A stretch of 63,867 nucleotides of DNA, filler included, from Asterionella formosa (lineage: Eukaryota): assembly GCA_002256025.1 (NCBI GenBank). It is 5 parts of 5 records of this genome, joined end to end, with 100 filler letters (N's around TTAATTAATTAA, not from the genome) between each part and the next. Parts side by side here need not be neighbours in the genome. Positions count along the whole stretch, not along the records: positions 29,264 to 58,378 come from NKIB01001077.1; 4 more parts are not named here. One strand, written 5' to 3'. The notes beneath the pieces are model-generated. The model did not search any database, was not told where the DNA came from, and saw only the letters and a list, made by a program, of their open reading frames with translations. Below, piece by piece: positions 31,526 through 44,493 of this stretch (position 1 is its first letter; each line of letters opens with the position of its first letter). The translations under genes and the position numbers were made by a program.

Positions 31526-34350
31526 GGTTATTAATGCACACCAACTAAAATGATATCGGATTAATTTTCACCATGAAATATTTGTACAGAGAAAGCGCGT
31601 TGAAAATGACACTGATCTTCGCTCCAAAGGGCGAGATGCACAGTGATATGGTGCATTTGTTTGGTTTGTGGCTCAGAGAGAAATGTTGTCCCTCGTAGAA
31701 TCTACAGGATTCTGGTATGCTCTGAGCGAAGGTCTCGATGAAGTTCCTTTTTGCGCCAGCACTTGTTGATAGCGGTGCAGTAGATTGTACAGCAAGGTTG
31801 GTATGACAACCTGGTAATTCGAGCCTATAAAAAACTCACAACAGGCAGGGCATTGCATACCATGTGTGTCCGCCAGCCCAGGCGGAAATATTCTACGTAG
31901 TGGTGGTAAATGAATAAATATGAGCGAAAGTCTACAAGCGTCTTTGGATAGGCATACTGTTGCTTTGTAGGAGTATAGAACTTTTTTTAATTGCTTAGTA
32001 AATCTATCGAGAGGAGCGAAGCATTTTGCCGCCTCGTAACTGGTATCAGGTACCAAGCACATATGCCTGTTCTCACCAGGGACAACAACAATAACGAAAT
32101 TCACCATAGATCCTACACAGTAATTGCGTACTCCTACCAGACGATACAGGCAAGTTGCAATAATTTTGCGAAACGAAAGATTTAGCTATCTTTATCCAAG
32201 ATTGAATTGGTGGTAAAGCAAAATGACCGCATTTTACAGGCACCTCGCTGCCTGTTCCGTCCGACCAACGTAGCGTTTCCCAACATACTTGTTATAAATA
32301 ATTATGGTTCATGCCGGTGCCGCCGATAGTCTAATAGCTCGTTGGGATTTGCCGGTCTGCCATCATTATCAGCAGGAGAGAATAGATATGCTACCTGGTA
32401 CCTGATGATACATGGTTCACGGAACATTATTTATTACCGGTATCCACGTTGTCAAACGGGTTAACCGTTATATACCGGCTTTGATTGTTCGCATTCATTC
32501 TGGAAGTGTCGACATGAGTTCGTGGGTAGAGTCATGATCGGAAATCATCTTAAGACATCGGAAAAGAGTTAAGTAACCGAGATGGTCCCGACCGGTAAAA
32601 CAAGCTCGAAGGGCCCAATCTGTTTAGAGCCCAAGTCCTTACAGTCTATAGGGTACCAAGTACTTATATTTTAAATCTTTTTACATGGTACCAGGTACCA
32701 GGTTCCACCATACACACTTCGACTGTCAGCATCCAAAATCCCTCACTTGTGTTGCTTTTCACTAGGGGTACCTGGTACCCATTATTGCATAATAACGTAT
32801 CAATATTCGTACGTAAATACAGGAATAAGTGTCAACAATCTATCACCCCAAATTTACATGAAACGTCGAAAACAATGCCCTTTTCTACACATCCTGCATT
32901 GCGGTATCATTAACTTTTTCCCGAAAGCAGTCTACGACGATAGGACATTGCTACATCGTTTCTTAAAGACCATTATGTGGGCAGAGTACGGTACATGTGC
33001 ACATTATTGGACATAAATATAAAACCGTCCTATACACATAAAGCTGATACTTGTGGCTTTGTTCGTCATGAGCTAATCTTGTGACAGCGTCTTTTCCGGT
33101 TCGCATAGAAAAGCAGCGACCTGTATAGCAAATAGTATCAACCGATTGTGAGAGCCACGGAATTTTGAATCGTTTTCTGTTCGCAGAGGACATTAGTCTT
33201 TCGGTACCAGTAAAGATCTGCTTTGACCCACTGAGTTCTCCTATTCGCTTGATTAGTTCGACTAGATCTATTCCATGCGTTGCGAGAATCAAACTTTCAG
33301 GTCTTGTTAACCAAAGGAGTCAGCAGGTTGTGGATCTGTCGATATTCTCATTGAATGTCGAGGTACTGAGATACGAACCCTTTTTTGTGGACAAAATTTG
33401 CCGGTAATGGGTCACAGCCGTACTTAGGATTAGGGTTAGGGTCCTTATCTTTATAAAACCAACAGACAGGTGCGTAGATTCAATATTACGTATAAACACG
33501 AACCTTGAGCATAAATGTTGGAATACTCCTGATTTATATATGTGTTTTGGCGTTGAGCAAAATGATGTCTATAGTCAGCAATGAAGATATAGTATAAACG
33601 TTTAAATATCATTTTTGTTTGTTTCAAATGGAACTCTATCAATCTGGCACCGATTACTTTTTTATTCAAATATTCAAATAGACACTCGAATCATGGGAAT
33701 TCATAGTAGGGAACTCCCTGTTCCACGCCGTTTTTACAACCCTAGCGATATTTTCTCCAAACTAGGGTTAAGCCGGGGCCGCAACCTTAAGCAAATCAGG
33801 GGAAAGGGATAGCTTCATGACAAGAATCATCCGCAAAATAAATCGCATGCGATATTTTTGTATATAGTTGCGTATATCACACAACAATAAATCCTTAAAA
33901 CATGGGATAATCCGTGTTCTTGCAATATTTTCGTCAATTGCACTTTTCAACCAATATTTTAGGAGAGACAAATTGCTATAAACTTATTTCTAATGGCATA
34001 TCCATAAAGCGTATATGGTCAGGATTTGGGTCGAAGTTTTAAAATTTACATATTGGCATTTTGTGGGGTCAAACCGTGTTTTTCTCCTGTTCAGAGGGTC
34101 ACAGCGGTTCCAAATTTTTTAGTGGGTCACAGCAGTTTTTTATTGGTACCAGGTGCCTGGTACCATTCTAAAATACCCAAATTAATTTGTGCCAAAATTG
34201 TTATGTCACAAATGTTCTTTACTGATATAATATACATTGTTGTGCTCTGACACTCGAGATTACATGTCTGACAGTAAATATAAAATTAACTACAGGTATA
34301 TGATGATGATTATGATGATATGATCATCACATTACTACTGCTAGCAGGAT

Positions 34351-34690
34351 GTGATCTACATATCAATAAACAAGAGTGTTGATGAGGTAAGAAGAGGAAG
34401 AAGCAAAATCCAGCACCACATACTGCAGCATCCATTGTCAAGTCCATTCTGGACTTTGTTCAATAACAAGCAAGATGATGCCCTCATCACATTGTGTTGG
34501 TTCAATCATGTTTCCTTCAAGCTCCTACACCAGTTATGCAAGCCTTCTTTTGATTCATTTACTCCCTGTTGAAAAAGATGGATTTCATTGTCAGGAATTC
34601 AACAAACAACAAAATCCGGATGGCCCCGACTCTTGTGTTCCATCAGTTTTCTGGCTCTTGCACTGGCATGGACTGGAAGTCATGAATCCT
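34351..34690 (+). pseudogene. PIF/Harbinger nuclease N-terminal relic
   Basis: SPFWTLFNNKQDDALITLCWFNHVSF..F..FTP, then in another frame PRLLCSISFLALALAWT. Confidence 0.5.
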
Positions 34691-35057
34691 ATATGAAATC
34701 CCCAAAATGATGAAGAGGATAGTAGAATAAGCCATTTCCATCTTGTATCTAAAGATGCATGATCAATCCCCTGTGTCTAGTCATGAGACGCTAATTCTAC
34801 GGCTTCGTCTATTGTTGCTTTTGGTGTAGCGTTGTTAAGGTACGTGTGTGTACCGCTATGTGCGTGTACAGTCAGTACGGTGCTCTTCCGGCACAAGCAA
34901 ATGGCTGTGCATACCGGTATGCGTGTTCCCAGGTACTGGTACCAGGTGCAAGGTACCATCACCGCCAAGGTGGTTTGAATTACTGGATCAGTATATGGGT
35001 GCCGGTATTCCTCAGTGCATTTGACAGAAAAAGATGAAACACCCCATTTGAAGAAAT

Positions 35058-36080
35058 ATGAAGAATTACTGGTTGTTTTTCTCCTTTCTGAAGGTAGCTC
35101 TGATGCAGAGTCGCTCATCAGAAGCTCTTTCTCCAGCAAAACGATGCGAATCACATCAAGGCCATTCACGAGTCGCTAGCAGGCTCTGGGAACAGCCTGC
35201 TTTCTATTCTTCGACTGGGGAACGTTCGGTAGATATGAATCAATACAATTTGCCGATAAATCAGATTGTGTCAGAATGGACCGCTAACTTGATGGCGAAG
35301 ACAAGGGACAGAGAGGAAGGCGTCTACTTGGGGTCCAAGGATGGGCGAGAGATATTTGTGGATACCTTGCAAGTTTCGATCCCTCGACATCAAAATGTAG
35401 GCTTGGGGCTTGAACTTCAAGAAATCGCTGGCGGCAGACTTGATGGTTTGGGAATTACTGTCGTGTCTGGTGTGGTACCAGGAGGCTGTGCAGATGGAAG
35501 TATCATCATGATTGGTGACTCAATCGCAAGTATTAGCGTGGCAACACGGGTCAATCAAAAAGGCTCAAGCGGTGGGCTTATCGAAGCTCAGGTAATTACG
35601 ACAATTCGAACCGAATGTTTAGGCTACGATTCAACTCTTGATGCCATTTCGCGCTTGCCGCCAGTCTCAAGCAGGGAAGAAAGCTTTGTCTTGACCATCA
35701 AGCGACTTCGACGGAAACCAAGAGTCAACATTAAACTGCAATACCCTCCTTCTCAAGGCGAGCCCGATATGACAATTCAGCTGTTTGCAGGAGAAAATCT
35801 CAGAATGGGGATGCTGGTGCGTGGCGTAAAATTAAATGATTCTCTGGCGAAACGCTTCGATACAAAATCAGAAGGAAACTGCGGCGCCAGTGGCTTGTGT
35901 CGAACTTGCGCTGTTTGTGTTGTACGCGGAGTGGAATTGTTGAACCCGCAAAAAGTGAACGAAATGCAAATGCTGGACGATAATCCACGATGGAGGCTAG
36001 CTTGCAAAGCTTTTGTTGGATACGGAATGAGAGAAGGAGAAATGGTCATCAAAGTGAACCCAAACCAATGGAGAGAATAG
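35058..36080 (+). CDS. PDZ-like + 2Fe-2S ferredoxin domain protein, probably plastid-targeted
   Basis: Signal-like N-terminus ending SEA-L; GLGLELQE..GITVVSGVVPGGCA..IMIGDSI (PDZ-like); CGASGLCRTC..RLAC (four 2Fe-2S cysteines). Confidence 0.8.
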   Translation: MKNYWLFFSFLKVALMQSRSSEALSPAKRCESHQGHSRVASRLWEQPAFYSSTGERSVDMNQYNLPINQIVSEWTANLMAKTRDREEGVYLGSKDGREIFVDTLQVSIPRHQNVGLGLELQEIAGGRLDGLGITVVSGVVPGGCADGSIIMIGDSIASISVATRVNQKGSSGGLIEAQVITTIRTECLGYDSTLDAISRLPPVSSREESFVLTIKRLRRKPRVNIKLQYPPSQGEPDMTIQLFAGENLRMGMLVRGVKLNDSLAKRFDTKSEGNCGASGLCRTCAVCVVRGVELLNPQKVNEMQMLDDNPRWRLACKAFVGYGMREGEMVIKVNPNQWRE

Positions 36081-36266
36081 TTCAGTTGGATTATCATAGC
36101 TTCCAGATTCACCCTGACCAAGGAAGGTTACAACTTACATAGCTCTTTTTTTTATTTCTGAGCATCAAATTCTTGGATAGATCTAATAGAGTTACAGGGT
36201 ACCCCAGGTACTCCAGAAAGGTCCAGTAATGCATATTTTATGCACACATTGTCAGTTTCGACTCCA

Positions 36267-36271
36267 CCCCC

Positions 36272-36316
<45 letters not shown>

Positions 36317-36406
36317 CGGGGGGGGGTTGGGGGGGGGGGGGGAGGGGNNNNNNNNNNATATTATTCCCAACCTTGTTTTTTTTTTCCCCCCCCCCCCCCC
36401 CCCCCT
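36267..36406. other. Poly-G / N10 / poly-C stretch, probable sequencing or scaffolding artefact
   Basis: Long G homopolymer abutting an N gap, then a C homopolymer. Confidence 0.7.
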
Positions 36407-37055
36407 CCTGCTGGGTGAGATAGGCTGGCTTTCAATTCCAAACCTTCATTAGAAATATACTACTATGCCATTACATTGTCATTCACTGATTCCAAGTCGT
36501 AATCTGTCAAACCAAATCGTGTTCACCAGCTCCTAATGATATTCAGCCTTGGGAACATTGTTTGCTATATGGGTTCAGCAATCAGTAACTTCTATGTAGT
36601 TGTAGTCAGTAGCTTCTATTCATTGTCAGCAATTTCTATTCGTGATAATGATTATGACCATAAATATAGATATTGCCTTTGTTTTCTTCATAGTGCTGGA
36701 AAGGCTATCAGGGGTACCGGTTGTATATATGTTATGAAAATATGTAATTCATATACCGGTATGCAAAACGGTCCAAAAATCTAGTTGTATCTAGCAATCG
36801 ATGGTTTCCGTTGTTTCCTCAGCCACTTTGTAGCCGCATAGTGGACACCAGTTATAGATCCCCCAAATTTCCTTCCTTCAGATTATGTTTGTCTGAATTG
36901 ACATGAATAATAAAATAACATCATGATATATATTATAGATGGCAATTAAGTTCATATCTGGTGCTATACATGGCAATATTATGAAAGCATTGTGCACCAT
37001 TGTGGATCGATGGCTGCTTGTTTGTTCTACATAAGGTGGAATCAATTACTGGTTT

Positions 37056-37496
37056 ATTACTGTCAAAACATAGACATGCCCTACCAGCATTCCCGTATTC
37101 CTTTTGTTAGAATAACGTGAAGCGCTGCAGTACTGTCTAAACGTAGATTTGCCTAACCAGCATTCCTGCATTCCTTTTGTTAGAATAACATTTTCTCTAG
37201 CAGTGGTCGGTATGTAGTATATATACTAGACCACTTTGTACCTGGTACCGTACATACCACTATGCATCAGCAATATTCCAGTGCATACGGAGTATGTAGA
37301 TATGGCATCACTTACCGTTTCAGTACTGTCAAAACGTAGACTGGCCCTACCGGCATTCCCCTATTCATTTTATTAGAAAAACGTTTTCTCTAGCAGTGGT
37401 CGGAAGTGCATATACTAGACTACATATGCATCAGTAATAGTCAGGGAGTAAGAAGGTTTGGCATCGCTCACCGCATCAGTACTGTCAAAACGTAGG
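37056..37496. repeat. Nested tandem duplications (3-4 copies of a ~60-bp core)
   Basis: TACTGTCAAAACGTAGA..CCTACCAGCATTCC..ATTCCTTTTGTTAGAATAAC variants near 37056, 37128 and 37321; partial copy near 37477. Confidence 0.8.
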
Positions 37497-38615
37497 CAAT
37501 GACACAATCAAATTTTCAAAAAGATATAAAACTCATTTGAATTTGAAATGGCATGCAAGAAGTTACCGGTATACTTTGAAGGTAGTATGTATACGTACCA
37601 ATGATATCTCGTACCAGGGATATGATTACTTGAAGTAAATTCGAGTTCCTGTTAAGTCTTGAACAATTTATCTTATCATCCATCCTTGGAGGATACTAAA
37701 TGTTCCTTTGAAATTGGTTATAGACATACCGAGACGTAAATAAGTTTTGGAAATTTTGACATATGATTGCAAAATTGATTATACTCTCCTATTTCACACG
37801 AGCTGATGAGGGAATGAGGATTGATAGCCTCCAATCAAAACAACTTGAAAGCGGAGGTAAGTTGTGAAATTGTGTCGCTTCTCAACTGTGGCTACAAAAG
37901 GGCTTATGATTGGTGCTCAAACACTTGACCGTCCGAAAATGGAAGCAAACTGTAAAATCGTGTCACAGTTCAATTCCTCTTCTAACACTACAAGTTGCTA
38001 CAGTTTCCAAAGACAACAAAAACAATCACCCAAAGTACAAGAAAAGGAACCGCACTTGATATTTTCTTGTTCAAGGGAAACCCCAAGTGTAGCAAGGTTC
38101 GGAAACTGGATTTTTAGAAAATCATTCCTAAAAGCAGATTCTGATAAAATTCAAATTAAGGGGCCAGCGCGAAACAGTTAGAAGTTCCACTATGTGTCTA
38201 ATTAGTATATCCGGTGGAGTCGAATCTGAGTACCTGGTGTCTGCGCCAAATTTCAGTTTCGGCAAAGTGACAGCACCGTGCAGGTACTACTAGGGCACTC
38301 GTCCTACCAGCAAGCTGCAGTAATTTCGCTTCTTCGTATTGTTCATACTTAGACCCAACAGATATTTCCCAAATAAGAAGCGATTGAGAAATCAAAGTTT
38401 GAAACTTCTTAACGGTATGCGCCCACTGGCTGAAAAAACTCGACTTGACAAAATTCGGGGATGTTTTCAGATAATTAGGAAGAAACAGATTCCGAAAAAT
38501 TGTAATTCTTTGGATAAAAGTACTTAGAGAGCATTTAAATGGAAGTTTAAGAAAATGGACTCAACTCGGTTAAGCAAAACAAGGTGAAGAATAATTTTGC
38601 TTAAAATTGCTTGTA

Positions 38616-39323
38616 CTCCCTCTGTTCTGATAAAGTTGCAACCAAACTTTATGGCTTGGCTGGCAGTCATGAAGCGCAAGCTCCGATAATTCTCTGGATA
38701 ACAGCCCCTACTATGAAAGATTTATTTTGAATCTAATTTTGTAGAGTATATATGTCCGAAGTAGCTTGGAATTTGGTGAAACTGACCTCGATTTTTTTCG
38801 CGGTTTTTTTCATGGAATTGCGCCTTGATTGGAATGTTTGCTATGGACCCCCTTTCGTTGACCTTGTGTTAGTCAATTGACATAAGAAGAAGGATATACC
38901 ACCAGAAAAAGCGACAATACATTGCTGATTCCTTGTTTTGTATCCTCAAAAGAGAGGCTGATGAGACCATTGACATGCATGGCCAGCTCATCATAAATCA
39001 GGGCGTGCTCAAAACTTTAGCTATATTAGCTATTCAATGTCTGTAGAATGACAGATTTTTTCCACAAATGCATGTTCATTAGTTTATTTAGCTTTATCTC
39101 ATTGGTAGTAATTGCCGACATAACACACACATGTACTGGTCAGTAGTCTGGCCAACGAAAATCAAGAACCCTAAATGATCCACATGTTTGCTATTTCGTG
39201 TTATACTCGCCTAATTTTATTAACCTAACCGAAGCACATGATTCCACAGAGGGCTTCATTTAAGGGCGGGGATCAAGTAGGCGGATAAAAAGAATTGTTG
39301 CAACTATACTGGAGCAGAGGGAG
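38616..39323. mobile_element. Stowaway-like (Tc1/mariner) MITE, 708 bp, TA target duplication
   Basis: TA|CTCCCTCTGTTCTGATAAAGTTGCAA ... TTGCAACTATACTGGAGCAGAGGGAG|TA, imperfect 26-bp TIRs. Confidence 0.8.
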
Positions 39324-40110
39324 TACAAACATAATCCTTAATTCATATCATTTCAGAAGAAAAGTGAGCGACCGACATCTGTCTCCAGTGCTTCTTGCAG
39401 GTACTCCGAGTCGTACCTGGTAGCTAATTCTACCGTATTCTATGTAGCCACACACACCCACATAGCTAGACTCATTTGTTCAAATCATTTTACGTCATCA
39501 ACTGCATATAACGTCGTGATACCGCCTTTCTTAACGGACGAAATTTCGTCCTTCGTGGCTTCTATCCACTCTCTATGATATTCGAGCATATATTGTATTG
39601 ACTAAAATACTCGTGCTTGTTTTCTGACCGTTTCGCTCCTGACGAGTATCGCTTTGGGGCTCCGCTGGCTTGTGTAACGGTACATTCCGTTATTTCATTG
39701 TTATTGCATCATACGATAACATGGATGTGAATGTTAGCTGGGATTCACGATTGTTGTGCTGTCATTCAGTCATTACTGCTTATATTCTTTTATTACATAT
39801 CGTAAGTTAGTTTTGCTTCGAGTATAATCGTCAGAAGCAATCATCAGTCGTTCAAGCCGCAGGAAGAACGCCATGCCGTGTTGCTTCTGTAGTGATTAAC
39901 ACGCAAGATTGCATTGGAGAATAGCTGCTATCTGTCCATAAAGATCTTATCGTGCATCCACACCTCACCGAGCCTGGTTCTCGATGGCAAATTGTGATTA
40001 GAACCGATATATTACGACAGAATTTTTGAAGAACGTGGAATTGCGATTTGCTTCTGACCAGCTCACAAATAATGCTTATAAGTGACGAAAATATCGAAAT
40101 AAAGTTCACA

Positions 40111-41079
40111 ATGAGAAAACAAAAAGTCTCGCACATCCTCATACTATCAGATCCCTCTGATCCCCTCGCCAACACTGCGAAGGAAAAGCACTATCAAACG
40201 TCTAATTCCTGCTTGCCGACACTTCCACCCTGTCTCATTGCTGAAACGAAGGGAACGAACGGAACGAACGGCTGGTCCCATCCTCCTGTTGACATTTTTC
40301 ATGTAAGAGGACCGACGTATCTAGATGATAAAAAGAAGGTGGTGAGCGGGCCGTACTTGTTGACGGCACGAGGATGTGATTTATTTTTGACAAAGGATGC
40401 GCCTGCGAATATTGGAAGGTAAGGTTTCTATGATAGCATCTTTCTGTTGACTCTTTATCCCAAATTTATTTTCATTCGATTACTCACGCTTGTTTTCCAT
40501 TGTATTCCCAATAACAGCAATTCCAACATTCTGGGAGGTGAATTACGTAGAGTCCCAACGTTTATCATCAACTTTCGCTTTCCGTGGGGTGTCCTCGTGC
40601 TTTACTTTGAAATCCCCCAGAAGTATTGTCCCTTTCTGAACAGCAACGCGAACCCTCCTACGATGGATGGACTTTCTCCATCAGAAAAGTCTCTCTGTCG
40701 TTTCTTTATGGCTGACCAAGAGCAGAAGAACAATACTCTCAAGCTCGTTCCATATGTGGCTGAGGGTCCATGGATTGTCCGTAGTCTGGTGACGGGCACG
40801 CCCACAATAATTGGAAAAAAATTGCCAGTTTCATATCACTACGAACCAGCTGATAAAAACAGTGGCAATGCAGAATATTTGGAAGCAGATTTGGACGTTG
40901 GCAACTCGACGGCGACTGCCAAGCGAATTGTTAGTTTGTGTCGAAAATACATGAACACCTTGACATTGGACATTGGGTTTGTCATTCAAGGAAATACAGA
41001 TGATGAGCTGCCTGAACAAATGTTGTGCTCAATACGAGTGCACGGACCGGATGCACTCCAAGCTCCGAACTTGAATTGA
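40111..41079 (+). CDS. EDR2 C-terminal (DUF1336) domain protein; exons ~40111-40418 and 40518-41079
   Basis: NGWSHPP..FHVRGPTYLDDKKKV, LKLVPYVAEGPWIVR, P.IIGKK, YLEADLDVG, DIGFVIQG..ELPEQML; the GTAAGG..ACAG intron keeps frame; start may instead be 40072. Confidence 0.85.
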
Positions 41080-42050
41080 AATGAATGGTATAACGAGGGG
41101 GGAACTAATTCTGTGTGTTCGCTGTACCCTGTAAATTTGATTGTGCTGTGAAATAAACCATGATATTGAAAGTTACATTGGTCTCAAAAATGATAAAGAA
41201 TATAGTCTTCTCTGTAAAAAACTGTGCAAAGCTTCGACCTTGATTAGACTGATCAATCTTGCTATTGGCAACCCAACGCTTGCTTCCATAGAAATTCGTT
41301 CACACTCATTGTTTGTTCAGAGATTAATAGTCTCAACAACGATGAGAAACTCCCCCCATAACGATGAGAAACTTCATTTTCATTTCGAATACAATATTAA
41401 TTTAAGTGTGTGCTGAGGTCCCCAGCAAGCAAGATCTCCACCAACCACAAGGTCGGATGTATGATAATTAAGTAGATGACATCTATGGTGCATACAAAGG
41501 ATCAGAACATCACCCCTGTTCCAACACCAGTAATCGAATGTACTATCAATTTTGAGCAAGTCCTTTGATCGAGTGCTTTATTGGACATCCATTCGTTGTC
41601 AAGGCAACTATGGAAAACTATACATGACGCATACAAAGCATTAAGTCATTGCAATTATCAACAAGAGCAAGTCATTCTGCAGAGAGTACTTTATTAAGCC
41701 ACAATTCGTAGTCAAACTCCAGAGTCCCTCCGACCTCGCGTGGTACTAATTTGGTCGCGATCCTAAATTCTTACAATTTCGCAATGACATCGTCTCGTGA
41801 TCCAAAGTGTCGATACAGTTTACCTCTTGCTTTATAGTCGACCGACCATGAAAATGAAAGGTGCAATAAGTTCAAAAGTTTTACTTTGGATCATGTGATG
41901 AAAGCCGCAAACTCGTATGTATAAGTAATGAATACCGTACGCAACCATGGATCAGATTGGTAATCTTTCGATCAAATGGATCGAAAAAGAAATCTTGACT
42001 TGCGCATACAGAGAGTGTACGACAGGGTACCTGGTACCTGGTACCAGGTA

Positions 42051-42191
42051 GCGGCTTATGTAGTGGTTAGCACACCCTTCTGCGTTGGCGGGTTCGATTC
42101 CTGCATCATTCTTCACCTGTCTTTTTCATGAAGTCCCTACATAGGGTTCCGGGGGGTCCGGCTGACAAAAAGACAGGTCCTGTAACCAGTG
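42051..42191 (+). mobile_element. Short tRNA-like insertion (SINE-like or tRNA pseudogene)
   Basis: TAGTGGTTAGCAC D-arm-like segment, T arm GCGGG-TTCGATT-CCTGC, shortened anticodon region, 12-bp inverted repeat (42115-42126/42167-42178), flanked by identical 20-mers. Confidence 0.5.
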
Positions 42192-42827
42192 CTGGTACCT
42201 GGTACCAGGTACCCTGGTACTGTACGGATGAATAAAACCGCCATGCACGGAGGACCAGGTAATTATGTTTATTGGATACATACATACATGGGTAGCTTTA
42301 CAATGAAATTTAATTTACATTTTGCTTCGAGAGAGTGTATGTACGACATGACACGAATTTGGTTCTTGAGGCGAACAAGCAACTGTCCTTCGCCCGATAT
42401 TCCCACCACAGCCACCAATCGAAACGACATGGAACAAACATGGTTTGGGCCTGGTGCCAGGTAGACTACCGGTACCAGGTACCTGGTACCACAGTACTAA
42501 CAAAACAAAATGCAATCATACAACATGATCTGGTGTGTCACCACAGGTACATCCTGAATAGAAGAAGGCTTGTGGAATATTTACGCGGTGGTTTATGAAT
42601 GTATAAATAATTAATTAATTACCCGTATTCTTTATTTCTCGACGATCATGCATTCTTTGATCATGGCTGGCAGTGGTTTTGCATACGGTACCAATACCGG
42701 AATTTGGTTCGCTCGATAAACATCATTCACAATTCTGCCTCCTGAGCCTTGGCCACACATTTGGGTTTCCATCACAATCACTGCGCAACTCTACTGTCAA
42801 GGAAAGTAGACGAAAGAATCAACAAAA

Positions 42828-44378
42828 ATGGGAAAAACCAAGCCCTTTATCGATAAGAAGAATGCCAGCACTTACCATCTTTTACATCGATCGCAACGCG
42901 ATGTTGGACAAGGCCAAACCATTTTGTGGCCATCCACTGGAAACAACCATGCGACGGATGAAAAGGTACTGCACATGCCACCATCGTCCACCATGAGTGA
43001 CTGGAAGGCGAAAATGACTCAAGTTGGTTTGGTGGACGACTACGACTATGAAAAGCACATGAAACCAATTACAGGAAGTGGCGACTACTTTGGTGGCGAC
43101 GGCCGTCGACAGGATGCCATGAGAGACCCTCGAGCACACGTACTCGAAGAAGACGTTCAAGAAGTATCGCGACAACTTGAAAGCATCGTACTGACTCCCG
43201 AATGTATGGATGATGACATTGCCCTGGCGCTCTTTGGGGATTTTGACGAAGGAAGCTTTGAAGAGATTTTGGATGATTTTTGTTTGACTGCAGCGCAGGA
43301 ACCAGAGGGAGAAGAAGTGGAGCAGGGCTTTGATTTCGATGCTCACATACATGCTTTGATGGAAAAGGCAAGGTTGGCAGAAGTTGGAGAAAGAGGTGTC
43401 GGAGCAGATGCCCACGATTGGGGCCGAAACGATGCGGCCTTCTTCAAGAAAGGGAAGGCCCTCCGTGCTCGTCGCGACAGCGACGATGAAAGCGGCGAGT
43501 TTGACGAGGAATGCGACTTTGAAATCCACAGCGAAGAGGATTTAGGAGTGGTTGCCAAGTTAAATCCGGAAGAGGAACGAGCGCTGTGCGAAAAGTTTGA
43601 ATTAACACTGGCAGAGTATGATTCGGATGATTTGGGTGAATTGTACGATGAGATAGAGGGAATTCGAGGAGATCGAGAATTAGAAGGAGACAAGGCCCTG
43701 GAAGCAGCATTAGATGAATACTTGGAAGAGAAAGAAGATGATATTCTCTTCGCGGGAACGGTCCACTTGCCAGACTACAGGAGAGCATGCGGCTTTCACA
43801 CACTTGATGTTAAAGAACAACAACCCGACGACGTCAAGGCGGTTATTGAAGAAGCCAAGGATTTTCTCGCGTCTCCTCCACTCGACCTTCCACCAGAGGA
43901 GATTTTGATCGATGGTGTCTCATATTATTCACAAAAGAATCGAAATCCATGGGATTGCGAATCGATACTCTCCACTTACTCCAACTTGGACAACAACCCT
44001 GCAGTGATTGAAAATACTAGACGGCGCGGGAAAAAGATAAGCAAGGTTGTACCTCAAGATCCAATCAAAGAAGAGCCTGTGAAACAGATTCAATTGTCGA
44101 AGAAGACAGGGCTTCCTTTAGGAGTGCTTCCGTCACGGTACGGTGGTTCAGCTGACGACTTCGATACAATCGCCAGCGTAAACAAGGGCGAAAAACGCGG
44201 CAAGGACGAGTCAAAAGACGAGAAGAAGCTAAGAAAAGCAGTCGTGAAGCAAGAACGTCAGTTAGGAAGAATCCAAAAGAAGATGATGAAAATAGCTTTT
44301 CAGGAAGAGTTTGACAAACGAAATGGAGAAGGAATTGATAACGATGTTGCTGGAAAGTCAGTCTTTCGGTACTCTTAA
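42828..44378 (+). CDS. LTV1: 40S ribosome biogenesis factor LTV1
   Basis: MGKTKPFIDKKNASTYHLLHRSQRD, DYDYEKHMKPI, WDCESILSTYSNLDNNP and basic C-terminal helix. Confidence 0.92.
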   Translation: MGKTKPFIDKKNASTYHLLHRSQRDVGQGQTILWPSTGNNHATDEKVLHMPPSSTMSDWKAKMTQVGLVDDYDYEKHMKPITGSGDYFGGDGRRQDAMRDPRAHVLEEDVQEVSRQLESIVLTPECMDDDIALALFGDFDEGSFEEILDDFCLTAAQEPEGEEVEQGFDFDAHIHALMEKARLAEVGERGVGADAHDWGRNDAAFFKKGKALRARRDSDDESGEFDEECDFEIHSEEDLGVVAKLNPEEERALCEKFELTLAEYDSDDLGELYDEIEGIRGDRELEGDKALEAALDEYLEEKEDDILFAGTVHLPDYRRACGFHTLDVKEQQPDDVKAVIEEAKDFLASPPLDLPPEEILIDGVSYYSQKNRNPWDCESILSTYSNLDNNPAVIENTRRRGKKISKVVPQDPIKEEPVKQIQLSKKTGLPLGVLPSRYGGSADDFDTIASVNKGEKRGKDESKDEKKLRKAVVKQERQLGRIQKKMMKIAFQEEFDKRNGEGIDNDVAGKSVFRYS

Positions 44379-44493
44379 TGCTGAATGCCATCTATTGTGT
44401 GAATGTATTAGAATGCAATTTTTAAAATCTGATTTACATAGTTGTTTAAGCTGCTTTTCTGTAGATGAAGGGGTAGATCAGTGGTGCATCCCC

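Noticed and set aside
36152..36452. Poly-Gly and poly-Pro ORFs, or a G-quadruplex
   Set aside because: Derived from homopolymers beside an N gap; sequence unreliable
42051..42110. Functional tRNA gene
   Set aside because: Anticodon arm too short and no acceptor stem
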